46,875 nucleotides of DNA from Armatimonadota bacterium (GCA_037443365.1 JBBIOM010000009.1:13183-60057), one strand, 5' to 3'; positions 19,651 to 34,711 are shown, numbered from the stretch's first letter. Program-made: numbers and translations. Notes: generated by a model from the letters alone, not told the origin.

Positions 19651-19998
19651 ATGCCAAAGCCAGTGGCCGTGACCGAGAAGACGTTTGACGCCGAAGTACT
19701 CAAGTCGAATCTGCCTGTCCTGGTGGACTTCTGGGCCGAGTGGTGCGGCCCATGCCGCATGGTGGCGCCCGTAGTGGACGAGCTGGCCGGCGAGTATGCC
19801 GGGCGGCTCAAGGTTGCCAAGGTGGACGTGGATACGAACCAGGGCCTGGCCGTTCGCTACAACATCATGGGCATTCCCACCCTTGGCGTCTTCAAGGGCG
19901 GGGAGATGATCGAGCGGATCGTGGGCTACATGCCCAAGCCCGAGCTCAAGCGGCGCCTTGACGGGCTGCTGGAGCCTGGGCCCAAGAAGAACGCCTAG
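19651..19998 (+). CDS. trxA: Thioredoxin
   Basis: DFWAEWCGPC. Confidence 0.97.
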   Translation: MPKPVAVTEKTFDAEVLKSNLPVLVDFWAEWCGPCRMVAPVVDELAGEYAGRLKVAKVDVDTNQGLAVRYNIMGIPTLGVFKGGEMIERIVGYMPKPELKRRLDGLLEPGPKKNA

Positions 19999-20915
19999 GG
20001 CCGCTGCTCCCGCAGCCAGCGATCGGCATCGATCGCGGCCATGGCGCCGAACCCCGCCGCGGTGACCGTCTGGCGGTAGGTGCCGTCGTGCGCGTCGCCC
20101 GCCGCAAACACGCCCGCGACGCTCGTCATTGACCGCTCGCGCAGCCGGATGTAGCCGGCCTCGGTGAGGTCGAGCTGCCCGGCGAAGATGCGCGTGTTGG
20201 GCGAGTGGCCGATCGCCAGGAACACGCCGTCGGTCGGCCTCTCCGTACGCTGTGAGGTCTTCAGGTTCACAAGGCGCAGCCCGGTCACCCTGTCGCCGCC
20301 CAGTATCTCCTCGACCACGCTGTCCCAAACGAAGGAGATCTTGGGATGCCTGGCGGCGCGGTTCGCCAGGATCTTGCTGGCGCGCAGTTCGTCCCTCCGG
20401 TGCACCACCGTGACCGCCTGGGCGATCTCCGCGAGGTAGAGCGCGTCCTCAAGCGCCGTGTCCCCGCCACCCACCACCACGACCGTGCGTTTCCTGAAGA
20501 AGAAGCCGTCGCACGTGGCGCAGGTGGACACGCCCAGCCCCAGCAGGCGCGACTCCCCAGGGACGCCGAGCATCTTGGGCGAGGCGCCGGCGGCCACTAT
20601 CACGGAGCGGGCCTCGAAGCGCTGGCCTGATCCGGTGGTGACCGTGAACGGGCGCAGGCTGAAGTCCACCGAGGTCGCGTCCTCGCTTACGAACTCGGTC
20701 CCGAACCGCTCGGCCTGCCGCCGCATCGCACCCACCAGCTCCGGGCCCCTTATCCCGTCGGCGAACCCCGGGTAGTTTTCCACCAGGTGCGCCAGCATGG
20801 GCTGCCCGCCGGCCGCGACCCCCTCCAACACGAGCGGCGCCCGGTTGGCGCGGGCGGAGTAGATCGCCGCGGTCAGGCCAGCCGGCCCGCCCCCGATGAT
20901 GAGTATGTCGCGCAT
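19995..20915 (-). CDS. trxB: Thioredoxin-disulfide reductase
   Basis: GGGPAG, CATCDG, GGGDTA, HRRDELRA; ATG after GGGAGGGG. Confidence 0.96.
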   Translation of the reverse strand: MRDILIIGGGPAGLTAAIYSARANRAPLVLEGVAAGGQPMLAHLVENYPGFADGIRGPELVGAMRRQAERFGTEFVSEDATSVDFSLRPFTVTTGSGQRFEARSVIVAAGASPKMLGVPGESRLLGLGVSTCATCDGFFFRKRTVVVVGGGDTALEDALYLAEIAQAVTVVHRRDELRASKILANRAARHPKISFVWDSVVEEILGGDRVTGLRLVNLKTSQRTERPTDGVFLAIGHSPNTRIFAGQLDLTEAGYIRLRERSMTSVAGVFAAGDAHDGTYRQTVTAAGFGAMAAIDADRWLREQRP

Positions 20916-21036
20916 CTTGCCCCCTCCCTGGTAGGCGCCCCTCTGGTGGGCGCGCGGCAGCGAGCGGCTGCCGCGCGCTTCGAGCATAGCACACCCATGC
21001 CCGGCGCCGTGCCATGCGGCCCAGGGAACAGGGGTA

Positions 21037-21065
21037 TTGACAAGCGGAGAAGACTTGACAATAAT
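21037..21065 (+). promoter_or_regulatory. Heat-shock operon promoter
   Basis: TTGACA-N17-AATAAT. Confidence 0.7.
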
Positions 21066-21074
21066 GTTGTCAGG
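21054..21074. promoter_or_regulatory. HAIR-like inverted repeat (putative HspR operator)
   Basis: CTTGACA-N7-TGTCAGG overlapping the -10; same 7-7-7 geometry as HAIR CTTGAGT-N7-ACTCAAG. Confidence 0.7.
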
Positions 21075-21128
21075 GTTGTTGCCATGGACGGAGGCACTGG
21101 GCCCGGAGCGATAGGGACGGGAGGGCGC

Positions 21129-21461
21129 GTGTTGCAGGAGAGCAGGGACAGCCGGCCCGTGTACGTGATAAGCGTCGCGGCGGAGATAACGGGATTGCAC
21201 CCCCGGACGCTGCGCATCTACGAGATGAGGGGCCTGCTGTCCCCGGTCCGGCGCAACCGCATCCGGCTCTACTCCGAGCGCGACATCGAGCGGGTGCGCA
21301 TGATCCGGCGGTTGATCGAGGCCCACCGGCTGAACCTGGCCGGGGTGCGGTTGATACTGGAGGTGGTGGAACGGCTGGAATACGGCGGCAGCAAGCGCAC
21401 GGAGAGCACCATTCAGTGGTTGGTACAGCGCATACTAGACTACCAGGGAGGGGAAGGGTAA
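21129..21461 (+). CDS. hspR: HspR-like MerR-family heat-shock repressor
   Basis: PVYVISVAAEITGLHPRTLRIYE, RLYSERDIE, NLAGV; GTG after GGGAGG (alternative ATG 21084). Confidence 0.85.
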   Translation: MLQESRDSRPVYVISVAAEITGLHPRTLRIYEMRGLLSPVRRNRIRLYSERDIERVRMIRRLIEAHRLNLAGVRLILEVVERLEYGGSKRTESTIQWLVQRILDYQGGEG

Positions 21462-21904
21462 TGAGCATTATCCGATGGGAGCCTTTTGACGAGATGATGT
21501 CTCTGCGGGAGTCAATGGACCGCCTGTTCGAGGACTTCTTCACCCGGCGACCCCGCGCCGCCGCGCCGCTAGTGTGGCAGCCGGCGATCGAGGTCTTCGA
21601 CAACGACAGCGAGATAGTGGTGAAGGCCGAGCTGCCCGGGGTGGATCCCAAGGGCGTGACCGTCACCGTCACAGCCGAGGGCCTCAGCATAAAGGGCGAG
21701 GCCAAGGCCGAGCACGAGGAGAAGGGCCGCAACTACTACCGGCGCGAGCTGCGCTACGGCGCGTTCCAGCGCACCATACCGCTGCCGACCGAGGTCAAGA
21801 GCGAGGAGACCAAGGCCTCCTTCCGCCACGGCATCCTCGAGGTGAAGGTGCCGAAGGCCGAGCGGGTGAGGCCGAAGACAGTCAAGGTCGAGGTCGAAGG
21901 ATAA
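21461..21904 (+). CDS. Hsp20/alpha-crystallin small heat-shock protein
   Basis: RWEPF, AELPGV, YGAFQRTIPLP, GILEV. Confidence 0.95.
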   Translation: MSIIRWEPFDEMMSLRESMDRLFEDFFTRRPRAAAPLVWQPAIEVFDNDSEIVVKAELPGVDPKGVTVTVTAEGLSIKGEAKAEHEEKGRNYYRRELRYGAFQRTIPLPTEVKSEETKASFRHGILEVKVPKAERVRPKTVKVEVEG

Positions 21905-21922
21905 CACGAGAGGAGATCTCCT

Positions 21923-23830
<1,908 letters not shown>

Positions 23831-23839
23831 GAAGCCGCG

Positions 23840-24415
23840 ATGAGCAAGGAGCGTATCGTAAACGACGAGACCGACGGCGGGGCAGGCGACGAGCCGCCCC
23901 GAGGGCCCGAAACGGCGGAGACCGTTCTGGCCCTCCAGGCCGAGGTTGCGCGCCTGAGCCAGGAGGCGGAGCACAACTGGCAGCAGTTCCTGCGCGCGGC
24001 CGCCGACCTGGAGAACTACCGCAAGCAGGCCGCGCGACAGCGCGAGGAGGCCGTGGCCTCCACCCGGCGCGCCCTGCTGGCCGTGATCCTGGGTGTGGCC
24101 GACACCCTGGAGCGCGCCATTGCGCACGCCGCGGGCGGGGACGCGGCAGGGCCGCGTGAGGGCAACAAGGAGGCAGAGGGCATCGCCGATGGCATCCGGC
24201 TGGCGCACCGCCAGGTGCTCGAGGTGCTTTCCCGGATGGGCGTGGTGCCGATCGATGCCCTGGGCAGGGAGTTCGATCCGCGCCTTCACGATGCCGTCGA
24301 GGTCGCACCCGCGGGCGCGGACGCCCCCGCCGGCACCGTGGCCGCCGAGATCCAGCGCGGGTACATGCTGGGTGACGAGGTGCTTCGCCCGGCCCGGGTG
24401 AGGGTGGCGCAATAG
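23840..24415 (+). CDS. grpE: Nucleotide exchange factor GrpE
   Basis: ADLENYRK, FDPRLHDA, GY....VLRPARVRV. Confidence 0.96.
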   Translation: MSKERIVNDETDGGAGDEPPRGPETAETVLALQAEVARLSQEAEHNWQQFLRAAADLENYRKQAARQREEAVASTRRALLAVILGVADTLERAIAHAAGGDAAGPREGNKEAEGIADGIRLAHRQVLEVLSRMGVVPIDALGREFDPRLHDAVEVAPAGADAPAGTVAAEIQRGYMLGDEVLRPARVRVAQ

Positions 24416-24416
24416 G

Positions 24417-25352
24417 GTGGAGTTCAAGGACTACTACAAGGTGCTCGGCGTCGAGCCGGTGGCTGACAAGAAGACGATCAGCCGCGCCTTCCGGCGCCTG
24501 GCGCGCGAACTGCACCCTGACGTCAACAAGCGCAAGGGCGCCGAGGACCGGTTCAAGGAGGTAAACGAGGCCTACCAGGTTCTTGGCGACCCCGCGCGCA
24601 GGGTGCAGTACGATCAGATCTACCAGGCCTACAAGAGCGGCGGCGCGCGCTGGCAGGACGCGTTCGGTCGCGCCGCCGGGGGGCGCGTCCCTGGCGGTGT
24701 GACGTTCACCGTCCCTGGCGGGCTCGAGGATCTGCTCGGGCACGGAGTTTCAGCAGGGGGCTTCAGCGAGTTCTTTCAGCAGCTGTTTGGCGGGCTCGGG
24801 CAGGTGACGGGCCACCCGTTCGGCGCGGCGCAGCCGCCCCAGAGCCTCGAGGTTCACGCCGAGATCACGCTCGAGGAGGCGTTCGCCGGGACGCGCCGGC
24901 GCATAGAGACCCAGGGCGGCGGCCCGGGCGTGGAGGTGGAGATCCCGCGCGGGGTGCGCTCAGGGCAGATCCTGCGACTGCCGGGCGCTGTCGGAGGGGC
25001 CGATGTATATGTGAGGGTCAAGACCCTGCCCCACAGGCTCTTCGAGCGCAACGAGGACGACCTGACCGTGGCGCTGCCGGTCACGCCAAGCGAGGCGGCG
25101 CTCGGGGCCGAGATCCAGGTGCCGACGCTGGAAGGGGCTGTCACGATGCGCGTGCCGCCCGAGACGCAGAACGGCCGGCGGCTTCGCCTCAAGGGGCTCG
25201 GCATGCCCCATGCGCGCGGCGGCGGGCGAGGTGATCTGTACGTCAAGGTGAACGTGGTGATGCCCACCGGGCTCTCCGAACGTGAGCGCGCCCTGTTCCG
25301 CGAGCTGGGCGAGGCGCGCAGTGAGAGCCCGCGCAAGGGACTTATCTCCTAG
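24417..25352 (+). CDS. DnaJ-class co-chaperone without zinc finger (CbpA-like)
   Basis: [11 protein letters not shown], DnaJ_C; no CxxCxGxG repeats. Confidence 0.92.
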   Translation: MEFKDYYKVLGVEPVADKKTISRAFRRLARELHPDVNKRKGAEDRFKEVNEAYQVLGDPARRVQYDQIYQAYKSGGARWQDAFGRAAGGRVPGGVTFTVPGGLEDLLGHGVSAGGFSEFFQQLFGGLGQVTGHPFGAAQPPQSLEVHAEITLEEAFAGTRRRIETQGGGPGVEVEIPRGVRSGQILRLPGAVGGADVYVRVKTLPHRLFERNEDDLTVALPVTPSEAALGAEIQVPTLEGAVTMRVPPETQNGRRLRLKGLGMPHARGGGRGDLYVKVNVVMPTGLSERERALFRELGEARSESPRKGLIS

Positions 25353-25366
25353 GAGATCCGCACAAC

Positions 25367-27973
<2,607 letters not shown>

Positions 27974-29503
27974 TTGGGCGACATCTGCTGGGAGGTGAGT
28001 GCCATCCTTGAGGTCACGGTCTTCGTCAGCGGCGGCGTCCTGCTCGCCCTGGAGATCATCGCCAGTCGGGTGCTGGCGCCCTACTTCGGCAACTCCATCT
28101 ACGTCTGGGGCAGTCTGATCGGCGTCTTCCTCACGGCGCTCAGCGTGGGATACGCCGTGGGTGGCAGGATCGCCGACAGGTTCCCTTCACACGGCCTGTT
28201 CTCGGGGATCGTCTTCCTGGCCGGGCTGCTAACCGTCCCAATCCCGATTCTCGCCACCCCGGTGCTCGACGCAATCGCCCGCGCCGACCTGGGCCCTCAG
28301 CTCAACCCGCTCGTCGGATCCATGGCGCTGTTTGTGGTGCCCAGCATCGTGATGGGAATGGTATCACCGTTTGCGGTGCGGCTCCGCGCCCAGGCCGTGG
28401 CCACGGTGGGGCAGACGGCCGGCGCGCTCTACGCCATCAGCACGGTGGGCTCGATTACCGGGACGCTGGCGGCCTCGTTCGTGCTGATCAACTACTTCGG
28501 GGTACGCGCCATCATTCAGATTCTCGGGTTCGCGCTGATGGCAATGGCCGTGATCGGCTGGGTGGCCACGCGGAGACGGCCCGTCGCGGTGGCGGGCGCT
28601 GCGCTGACGGTGCTGCTGGCGGTTGGGGTCGTGGGAGCGTCGCCCGCCCAGTCGCCCACGCTGGTCTATGCCCGCGACACCGTCTACCACCGGGTTACCG
28701 TCTCCGACGAGGGCACGGTCCGTTATCTCAAGCTGGACAACTACTGGCAGAGCGCCCTGGACCGCACCGAGCCGCAGCGCACGGTCTTTGCCTACGCGGA
28801 CTACATGCACCTGCCGCTCGTCTTCGTGCCCAGCCCCGGTCGCGTCTCGCTGATCGGCCTCGGGGGCGGCACGATCCCGGCCCGCTACGTCGCCGACTAC
28901 CCCACGGTAACGATGGATGTGGCGGAGATAGATCCCGAGGTGGTGGCGGTCGCCCGCCGCTTCTTCGGCGTACAGGACAGCGACCGCCTGATCATGGCCG
29001 CGCGCGACGGCAGGCTGCACCTGCGCCTGGCCCAGGCGCGATATGACGTGGTGCTGACCGACGCCTACCTGATAGACACCATTCCTTTCCATCTGGCCAC
29101 GCGCGAGTTCTTCGCGCTCGCCCGGGAGCGGCTTACGCCCGGCGGCGTTGTCGCCTCCAACATCATCGGCGCCCTGGAGGGACCGAAGAGCCGGCTGTTC
29201 CGCGCGATATACAAGACCATCCGGACGGTCTTCCCGACCGTCTATGTCTTTCCGGTTGATTTCGGGCGGTACGGCGCGCCGGGTTCGCTGCGCAACATCA
29301 TCGTGATCGCGACCGACGCACCGGCGCTGCCGCCCGAGGAGGTCCGGCGCCGGGCGCAGGCGCTCGTGGACGCGCGCCGGGTGACGGTGGGACGGTTCCT
29401 GGACGCCGCGAACGATCTCTACCTGACGGCCGTCCCTACCGCCGATGTCCCGGTGCTCTCCGACGACTTCGCGCCCATAGACGCTCTCATCCCGACGCGA
29501 TAG
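27974..29503 (+). CDS. Fused membrane domain / spermidine synthase-like methyltransferase
   Basis: [16 protein letters not shown] domain; IGLGGG, EIDPEV, TDAY. Start may be GTG 27995. Confidence 0.85.
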   Translation: MGDICWEVSAILEVTVFVSGGVLLALEIIASRVLAPYFGNSIYVWGSLIGVFLTALSVGYAVGGRIADRFPSHGLFSGIVFLAGLLTVPIPILATPVLDAIARADLGPQLNPLVGSMALFVVPSIVMGMVSPFAVRLRAQAVATVGQTAGALYAISTVGSITGTLAASFVLINYFGVRAIIQILGFALMAMAVIGWVATRRRPVAVAGAALTVLLAVGVVGASPAQSPTLVYARDTVYHRVTVSDEGTVRYLKLDNYWQSALDRTEPQRTVFAYADYMHLPLVFVPSPGRVSLIGLGGGTIPARYVADYPTVTMDVAEIDPEVVAVARRFFGVQDSDRLIMAARDGRLHLRLAQARYDVVLTDAYLIDTIPFHLATREFFALARERLTPGGVVASNIIGALEGPKSRLFRAIYKTIRTVFPTVYVFPVDFGRYGAPGSLRNIIVIATDAPALPPEEVRRRAQALVDARRVTVGRFLDAANDLYLTAVPTADVPVLSDDFAPIDALIPTR

Positions 29504-29585
29504 TCCCCGACTCGGCGGGCATGGGGTTGGGCACAATCGTAGTACGACGGTGCACCCGGGTTGCCGGACAGGAGGTCTTGGCGCC

Positions 29586-29810
29586 ATGCCGGTGCTGAAG
29601 ATCGTCCTGGGGGACGTCGTGCGCATGCGCAAGACCCATCCCTGCGGGAACGACCAGTGGGAGGTAGTGCGCCTTGGCGCGGATGTGGGCGTGCGCTGTC
29701 TGAAGTGCGGCAGGCGGGTGTTGATGCCGCGCGTGAAGTTCGAGCGCCGGGTCCGCACCTTCATCAGGCGCGGTCCTGACATGGTCGCATCCACGGGGGA
29801 CGCACCCTGA
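29586..29810 (+). CDS. DUF951 family protein
   Basis: [13 protein letters not shown]...R.GAD...C..CGR. Confidence 0.88.
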   Translation: MPVLKIVLGDVVRMRKTHPCGNDQWEVVRLGADVGVRCLKCGRRVLMPRVKFERRVRTFIRRGPDMVASTGDAP

Positions 29811-29838
29811 GCGCGGGAGGCGTGAGGGAATCCGCAGC

Positions 29839-32800
29839 GTGACGCACCATGATTCGAGGACGGGGCCTCGGCTCTGGGCCGCGTACCCGTGGCTGGTCGC
29901 AGCGGCGGCCGCCGTGGCGCTGGCCGCGGCGCTCGCGGGCGCCGGTCTGCCGCCTGCGCGCGGGATTGTGCTGCTCTGTGCGGCCGGCGTACTCGCGAGT
30001 CTGGTGCGCGTGCCGATGCCCGCGGGCGGGCACCAGAGTTTGCGCGCCGCGGTGGCCGCCGCCGGGCTCGATCTCTTCGGTGCGCCGGTCGCTGCCGTGG
30101 CCATGATCGCGGGCACGGTTCTTGGGGACGGCCTGCCCAGGCGGCGAGCGCTGCCGGTCGTGCTGTTCAACGCCGGGCAGCTCGCCCTGGCCACGCTGGC
30201 TGCCGGCGGTGCCGCGGAACTGGTCCATCCCGGCGCGCTCACCTGGTCCGGTGGAGAGGCCGTCGGGCGTCAGGCAGCGGAGTACGCGCTGGGCTTTCTT
30301 GCGGCGGCGGTGGTTTTCGCCGCCGTCTCCTTTGCGCTTGTGAGCGGGTACCTCTCCGCGGCGCGGCGGCGAACACTCCTCGAAGTGATGAGCGCCAACG
30401 CCGGAAGCGAGATCGTCGTGACGCTCCTGCTGTTCGTGGTGGGAGCAACCACGGGACTGGTTATCCGTGGTGTCCTGCCGATACCCGCGCTCAGCGTCGC
30501 GGCTCCGGCGGCGATCGCCGTTGTGGCCCTGCTGGCATCCGCCGCCCGACGGCAGGCATCCGGGGACCTGCTGGCGCTCCACGAGGCGGTGCTCGACGTG
30601 AACCGTACACGGTCCGCCGGCGAGATCGTGCACGCGCTGGCGGCCGCCATGGACCGTCTGGCGCCATCGGAGTTCTCCGCGGTCTGGCTGCGCATGCCCG
30701 GGGAGGCCGCACCCGGCCCGGTCCTTCACAAGGGCCTCGCGGCCGGGGGCAGCGCCGTGTGCGATGAGTTGACGGATCTCGTGAATCAGGCCATGCGGTC
30801 CGGCAGGCCCATACGCGTCGGCGATCACGAGCGCGGTCGCAGGCACGTCCCGCATGACGGGTGTCCCTTTGGAGCGGGCGGGGCACTATCGGTGATGGTC
30901 GTTCCGATGGCCACGGCCGGGGAGGTCTGGGGCGCCCTGGCACTCGCAGAGAACACGCGCAACCACTTCAGCGGGCAGCAGGAACGAATGCTGGTGACCC
31001 TGGCCGGAAGCGCAGCGCTGGCCATGCGCAACGCGCACCTGGCCGAGGAGAGCCACGACAAGGACGAGCGCCTGACCGCGCTCCGCTTCATGGGGTTCGC
31101 CCCTGGCGAGATAGGCGATCTGGATGAGACCTGCCGGGCTGTGGTCAGGCGGTCGGCGGAGGCGCTCGGGGCGCGCTACGCCCTGCTGGTGCTGTGCGAC
31201 GGGCACAGCGGCCTGCTGCGCGGGCAGGCGGCCTTCGGCACCGACGAGGAAGAGTTCAGGCGGCTGCGCACGGACCCAGACGCCGAGCCGGAACTCCTGC
31301 GCGAGGCCGCCCGCTCCCTGCGCGAACGCAGGCCGTTTGCCTGCGCCATGGTCGCCGACCCGCACATCCCGGCCTGTCGCTGTCCGGTGCTCCTGGCTCT
31401 GCCCGAGGCCTGCTACGCGCTGACCGCACCCATGTTCCACCGGTCGCAGCCGGTGGGCGCCCTGACCGTGGTGCGCAGCGAGCCAAGCCCGTTCACCGAT
31501 CCCGAAACCGCCGTCCTCGAGGCGACCGCGGCCCAGGGGGCTGTGGCGATCGAGAACGCGCGCGCCTACGCCGCGCTGCAGGCGCGCAGCCGCCACCTCC
31601 ATTCGGTGCTGGAGATGTCCGCGCGGATATACGGCGCCGCGGACCTGGCGGGCGTCTTCGCGCTCGTCGCAGAGGGAGCGCGCGACCTGTTCGGCGCCAC
31701 GGGAGCCGCGCTCGTGGTCTGGGACGGCAGGGGTCCTGTCAAGGAAACCCTCGGGTCCGGGCTGTCCGACGAATGCATGCGCACCGTGATCGCGCGCGTT
31801 CGGAACGGGCGCAGCAGGTACACCGGCCTGGCGCCGAGGCCGCATGTTGTGACCGATCTGGCGTCCGGCCCGGACGGGAAGAACGGTCGGTCCGGCGTCT
31901 TCCTTCCGCTTCGATCCGACTCGACGCTGCACGGGCTGCTGGCGCTGCTTTACGACGACGAGGCCGGGGGAGTCCCCTCTGACCTTACGATGCCCGCGGT
32001 CCTCGCCGACCAGGTGGCCTTCTCCGTGGCAAGGATAGCGCTGCTGGCCGGCAGCGAGCGGCGCCTGGGCGAGCTCGCGTTGCTGAACCGCATAATCGGG
32101 TCGGTGAACACCTCGCTCGACCCAGGCGAGGTGTGCCGCATAGCGATCTCCGAGCTCGCCGAGGCGGCGGGGTTTGCGCGCGTCACCGTTCACCGCCTGG
32201 AAGGCGCGCGGTTGCGCCTGCTGGCGCATGTCGGTTGCCCGGACGCGCCCGCCGAGACCCCGGTCTCCTCGGGAATCAGGGGGCGGGTGGCGCGCACCGG
32301 CCGTCCCGAGTTCGTATCCAGCGCCAGCGACGATCCGGACTACGTCGCCTCCAGCCCGGAGGTGACCAGCATGGCCGTCGTGCCGGTGGTGCTGGAGGGT
32401 GTTACAACCGGCGTTCTGGCCGTTGAAGGGACCGGGGCTCGCCCGCTGGCCCCCCACTCCTGCGAGTTCCTGACCGAGTTCGCCGAGCAGGTGAGCATCG
32501 CGGTCCGGAACGCGTCGCTCTTCGAGGACCTGCGCCGGACGCACGACGAGCTGCAGGTGCTGTTCGAGGCTGCCAAGGCCGTGAGCGGCACGCTGGATCT
32601 GCGCACCGTGCTGGACAGCCTCGTATCGGTCACCTGCCGCGCCTTCGGATACGAGAACGGCGCGTTGCTCATGGTGGATTCCACCACAGGGGATCTCATC
32701 GTGGAGGCGGCATACGGGTACAACCGGCCCGTTGTCGGGGTGCGCGTGCCCGCGGGAGCAGGGATCTCCGGGTGGGTTGCGCGGTCTGGCAGTCCCCTCA

Positions 32801-33546
32801 TCGTGGACGACGTGCGACGGGATTCCCGCTACATGGAGGTGGACGACCGGACATGCTCCGAGATGGCCGTGCCGCTCATTGCCGAGGGGAAGGTGCTGGG
32901 CGTGTTCAACGTCGAGAGCACACGCCCCGCGGCCTTCGGGCAGCGCGACCTGCGCCTGCTGGGCGCGCTGGCGAGTTACGCGATCGTTGCGATTCAGAAC
33001 GCGCGGCTCTACGAGCAGGCGCAACGCCTCGCGATCACCGACGGCCTTACGGAGCTGTTCAACCACAGGTACTTCTACGAGGCGCTCGACCGGCTCCTGG
33101 AGCGGTCCCGCCGCGACGCGGTGCCGCTTTCCATCATCATGGCCGAGATAGATCACTTCAAGAAGCACAACGACACCTACGGGCACAGGAGCGGGGACGA
33201 GGTCCTGCGCACGGTCGCCGGGCTGCTCCGGCGCGGCAGCCGGCCCTCGGACGTCGTCGCGCGGTACGGGGGCGACGAGTTCATGGTGGTGCTGCCCGGG
33301 GTGGGCAAGGCCGCGGCCCACGAGACGGCCGAGCGCCTCCGCCGCACGGTCGAGGCGTACCCGTTCGCCGGAAACGGTGACGGTGCCCCAAGCATTGCCA
33401 GCGTAACCATGAGCATGGGGGTCGCGGCCTACCCGCAGGACGGCGCCACAACCAGCGCGCTCGTGGAGGCGGCCGACCGGTCCCAGTACGCCGCCAAGCG
33501 GTCCGGGGGCAACAGGGTTCACTCGGCCTCGGCACAAGAGGGCTGA
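29839..33546 (+). CDS. Membrane-anchored multi-GAF diguanylate cyclase
   Basis: N-terminal TM region, about five GAF repeats, TDGLT, I-site RPSD, RYGGDEF. Confidence 0.92.
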   Translation: MTHHDSRTGPRLWAAYPWLVAAAAAVALAAALAGAGLPPARGIVLLCAAGVLASLVRVPMPAGGHQSLRAAVAAAGLDLFGAPVAAVAMIAGTVLGDGLPRRRALPVVLFNAGQLALATLAAGGAAELVHPGALTWSGGEAVGRQAAEYALGFLAAAVVFAAVSFALVSGYLSAARRRTLLEVMSANAGSEIVVTLLLFVVGATTGLVIRGVLPIPALSVAAPAAIAVVALLASAARRQASGDLLALHEAVLDVNRTRSAGEIVHALAAAMDRLAPSEFSAVWLRMPGEAAPGPVLHKGLAAGGSAVCDELTDLVNQAMRSGRPIRVGDHERGRRHVPHDGCPFGAGGALSVMVVPMATAGEVWGALALAENTRNHFSGQQERMLVTLAGSAALAMRNAHLAEESHDKDERLTALRFMGFAPGEIGDLDETCRAVVRRSAEALGARYALLVLCDGHSGLLRGQAAFGTDEEEFRRLRTDPDAEPELLREAARSLRERRPFACAMVADPHIPACRCPVLLALPEACYALTAPMFHRSQPVGALTVVRSEPSPFTDPETAVLEATAAQGAVAIENARAYAALQARSRHLHSVLEMSARIYGAADLAGVFALVAEGARDLFGATGAALVVWDGRGPVKETLGSGLSDECMRTVIARVRNGRSRYTGLAPRPHVVTDLASGPDGKNGRSGVFLPLRSDSTLHGLLALLYDDEAGGVPSDLTMPAVLADQVAFSVARIALLAGSERRLGELALLNRIIGSVNTSLDPGEVCRIAISELAEAAGFARVTVHRLEGARLRLLAHVGCPDAPAETPVSSGIRGRVARTGRPEFVSSASDDPDYVASSPEVTSMAVVPVVLEGVTTGVLAVEGTGARPLAPHSCEFLTEFAEQVSIAVRNASLFEDLRRTHDELQVLFEAAKAVSGTLDLRTVLDSLVSVTCRAFGYENGALLMVDSTTGDLIVEAAYGYNRPVVGVRVPAGAGISGWVARSGSPLIVDDVRRDSRYMEVDDRTCSEMAVPLIAEGKVLGVFNVESTRPAAFGQRDLRLLGALASYAIVAIQNARLYEQAQRLAITDGLTELFNHRYFYEALDRLLERSRRDAVPLSIIMAEIDHFKKHNDTYGHRSGDEVLRTVAGLLRRGSRPSDVVARYGGDEFMVVLPGVGKAAAHETAERLRRTVEAYPFAGNGDGAPSIASVTMSMGVAAYPQDGATTSALVEAADRSQYAAKRSGGNRVHSASAQEG

Positions 33547-33553
33547 CGCGGCC

Positions 33554-34648
33554 GTGGGCCTGACACTCGGACTTGTCGGCCTCCCCAACGCCGGCAAGAC
33601 CACGCTGTTCAATGCGCTGACGCGCGCTGGCGCGCCGGTGGCGCCCTATCCGTTCACCACGATAGAACCCAACCTGGGGCAGGTGGCGGTTCCCGACCCG
33701 CGCCTGCAGGCGGTGGCCGGTGTGATTCACCCCAAGCGCGTCGTGCCGGCGACCGTGCGTTTCATTGACATCGCGGGATTGGTGGCTGGCGCCTCGCGCG
33801 GCGAGGGGCTGGGCAACAGGTTCCTCGCCCACATACGCGAGGTCAACGCGATCGTGCACGTGGTCCGCTGCTTCACCGACGCCGCCGCGCCGCCAGACGA
33901 GGCCTGGGCGGAACCGGTGCGCGATGCCGAGATCGTGGAGACGGAGCTGGCGCTGGCCGACCTCGAGAGCGTTGAGCGGGCCACGGCGAAGGCAGCGTCG
34001 CGGGCCAAGGCTCAGGATGCGGCGGCACGCGAGCAGGGCGCGCTGCTCGCGCGCATGGCTGCCGCGCTGTCGGAGGGCGTGCCGGCAAGGCGGCAGAAGC
34101 TTTCGGATTCGGGGATGGCCCTTGCGCGTGAACTGCGCCTGCTGACGGCCAAGCCGGTCATCTATGTCGCGAACCTCGACGAGCGCCTCCTTCCCGATGG
34201 AGGAATCCCGGCGGCGGCGCTGCGCGCGCTCTCCGACCGCCAGGGCGCCGCGTTCATCGGCCTGGCCGCGCGCCTGGAAGCCGAGCTCAACGACCTCCCC
34301 CCGGACGAGGCACGAGAATACATGGAGGCGGTGGGCCTGGCAGAGCCCGGCGTGAGTCGCCTGATACGCCTGGGATTCGCAACGCTGGGTCTGGTGAGCT
34401 TCTTTACGGTGCTGTCAGACGAGGTGCGCGCGTGGCCGATCCCCCAGGGGACCGCGGCACTCGGAGCCGCGGGAGAGATCCACACCGACATGGCGCATGG
34501 GTTCATCCGCGCCGAGGTGATCGCCTGGGACGCTCTTGTAGCCGCCGGTGGGCTGCACTCGGCGCGCGACCACGGCGCGGTGCGCACCGAGGGGCGCGAC
34601 TACCAGGTCCGTGACGGGGACGTGATCACCTTCCGTTTCGCGGTCTAG
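33554..34648 (+). CDS. ychF: Obg-family ATPase YchF
   Basis: GLPNAGKTT, YPFTTIEPN, DIAGLV, IHTD, FIRAEV. Confidence 0.96.
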   Translation: MGLTLGLVGLPNAGKTTLFNALTRAGAPVAPYPFTTIEPNLGQVAVPDPRLQAVAGVIHPKRVVPATVRFIDIAGLVAGASRGEGLGNRFLAHIREVNAIVHVVRCFTDAAAPPDEAWAEPVRDAEIVETELALADLESVERATAKAASRAKAQDAAAREQGALLARMAAALSEGVPARRQKLSDSGMALARELRLLTAKPVIYVANLDERLLPDGGIPAAALRALSDRQGAAFIGLAARLEAELNDLPPDEAREYMEAVGLAEPGVSRLIRLGFATLGLVSFFTVLSDEVRAWPIPQGTAALGAAGEIHTDMAHGFIRAEVIAWDALVAAGGLHSARDHGAVRTEGRDYQVRDGDVITFRFAV

Positions 34649-34682
34649 CCGCGGGCGGCGAAGGCGCAGGGCCCCCCTGCAC

Positions 34683-34711
34683 TTGTGCCTTCCCCTGGCC
34701 GATGATACAAT
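34683..34711 (+). promoter_or_regulatory. rpsF operon promoter
   Basis: TTGTGC-N17-TACAAT with extended -10 TG. Confidence 0.65.
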
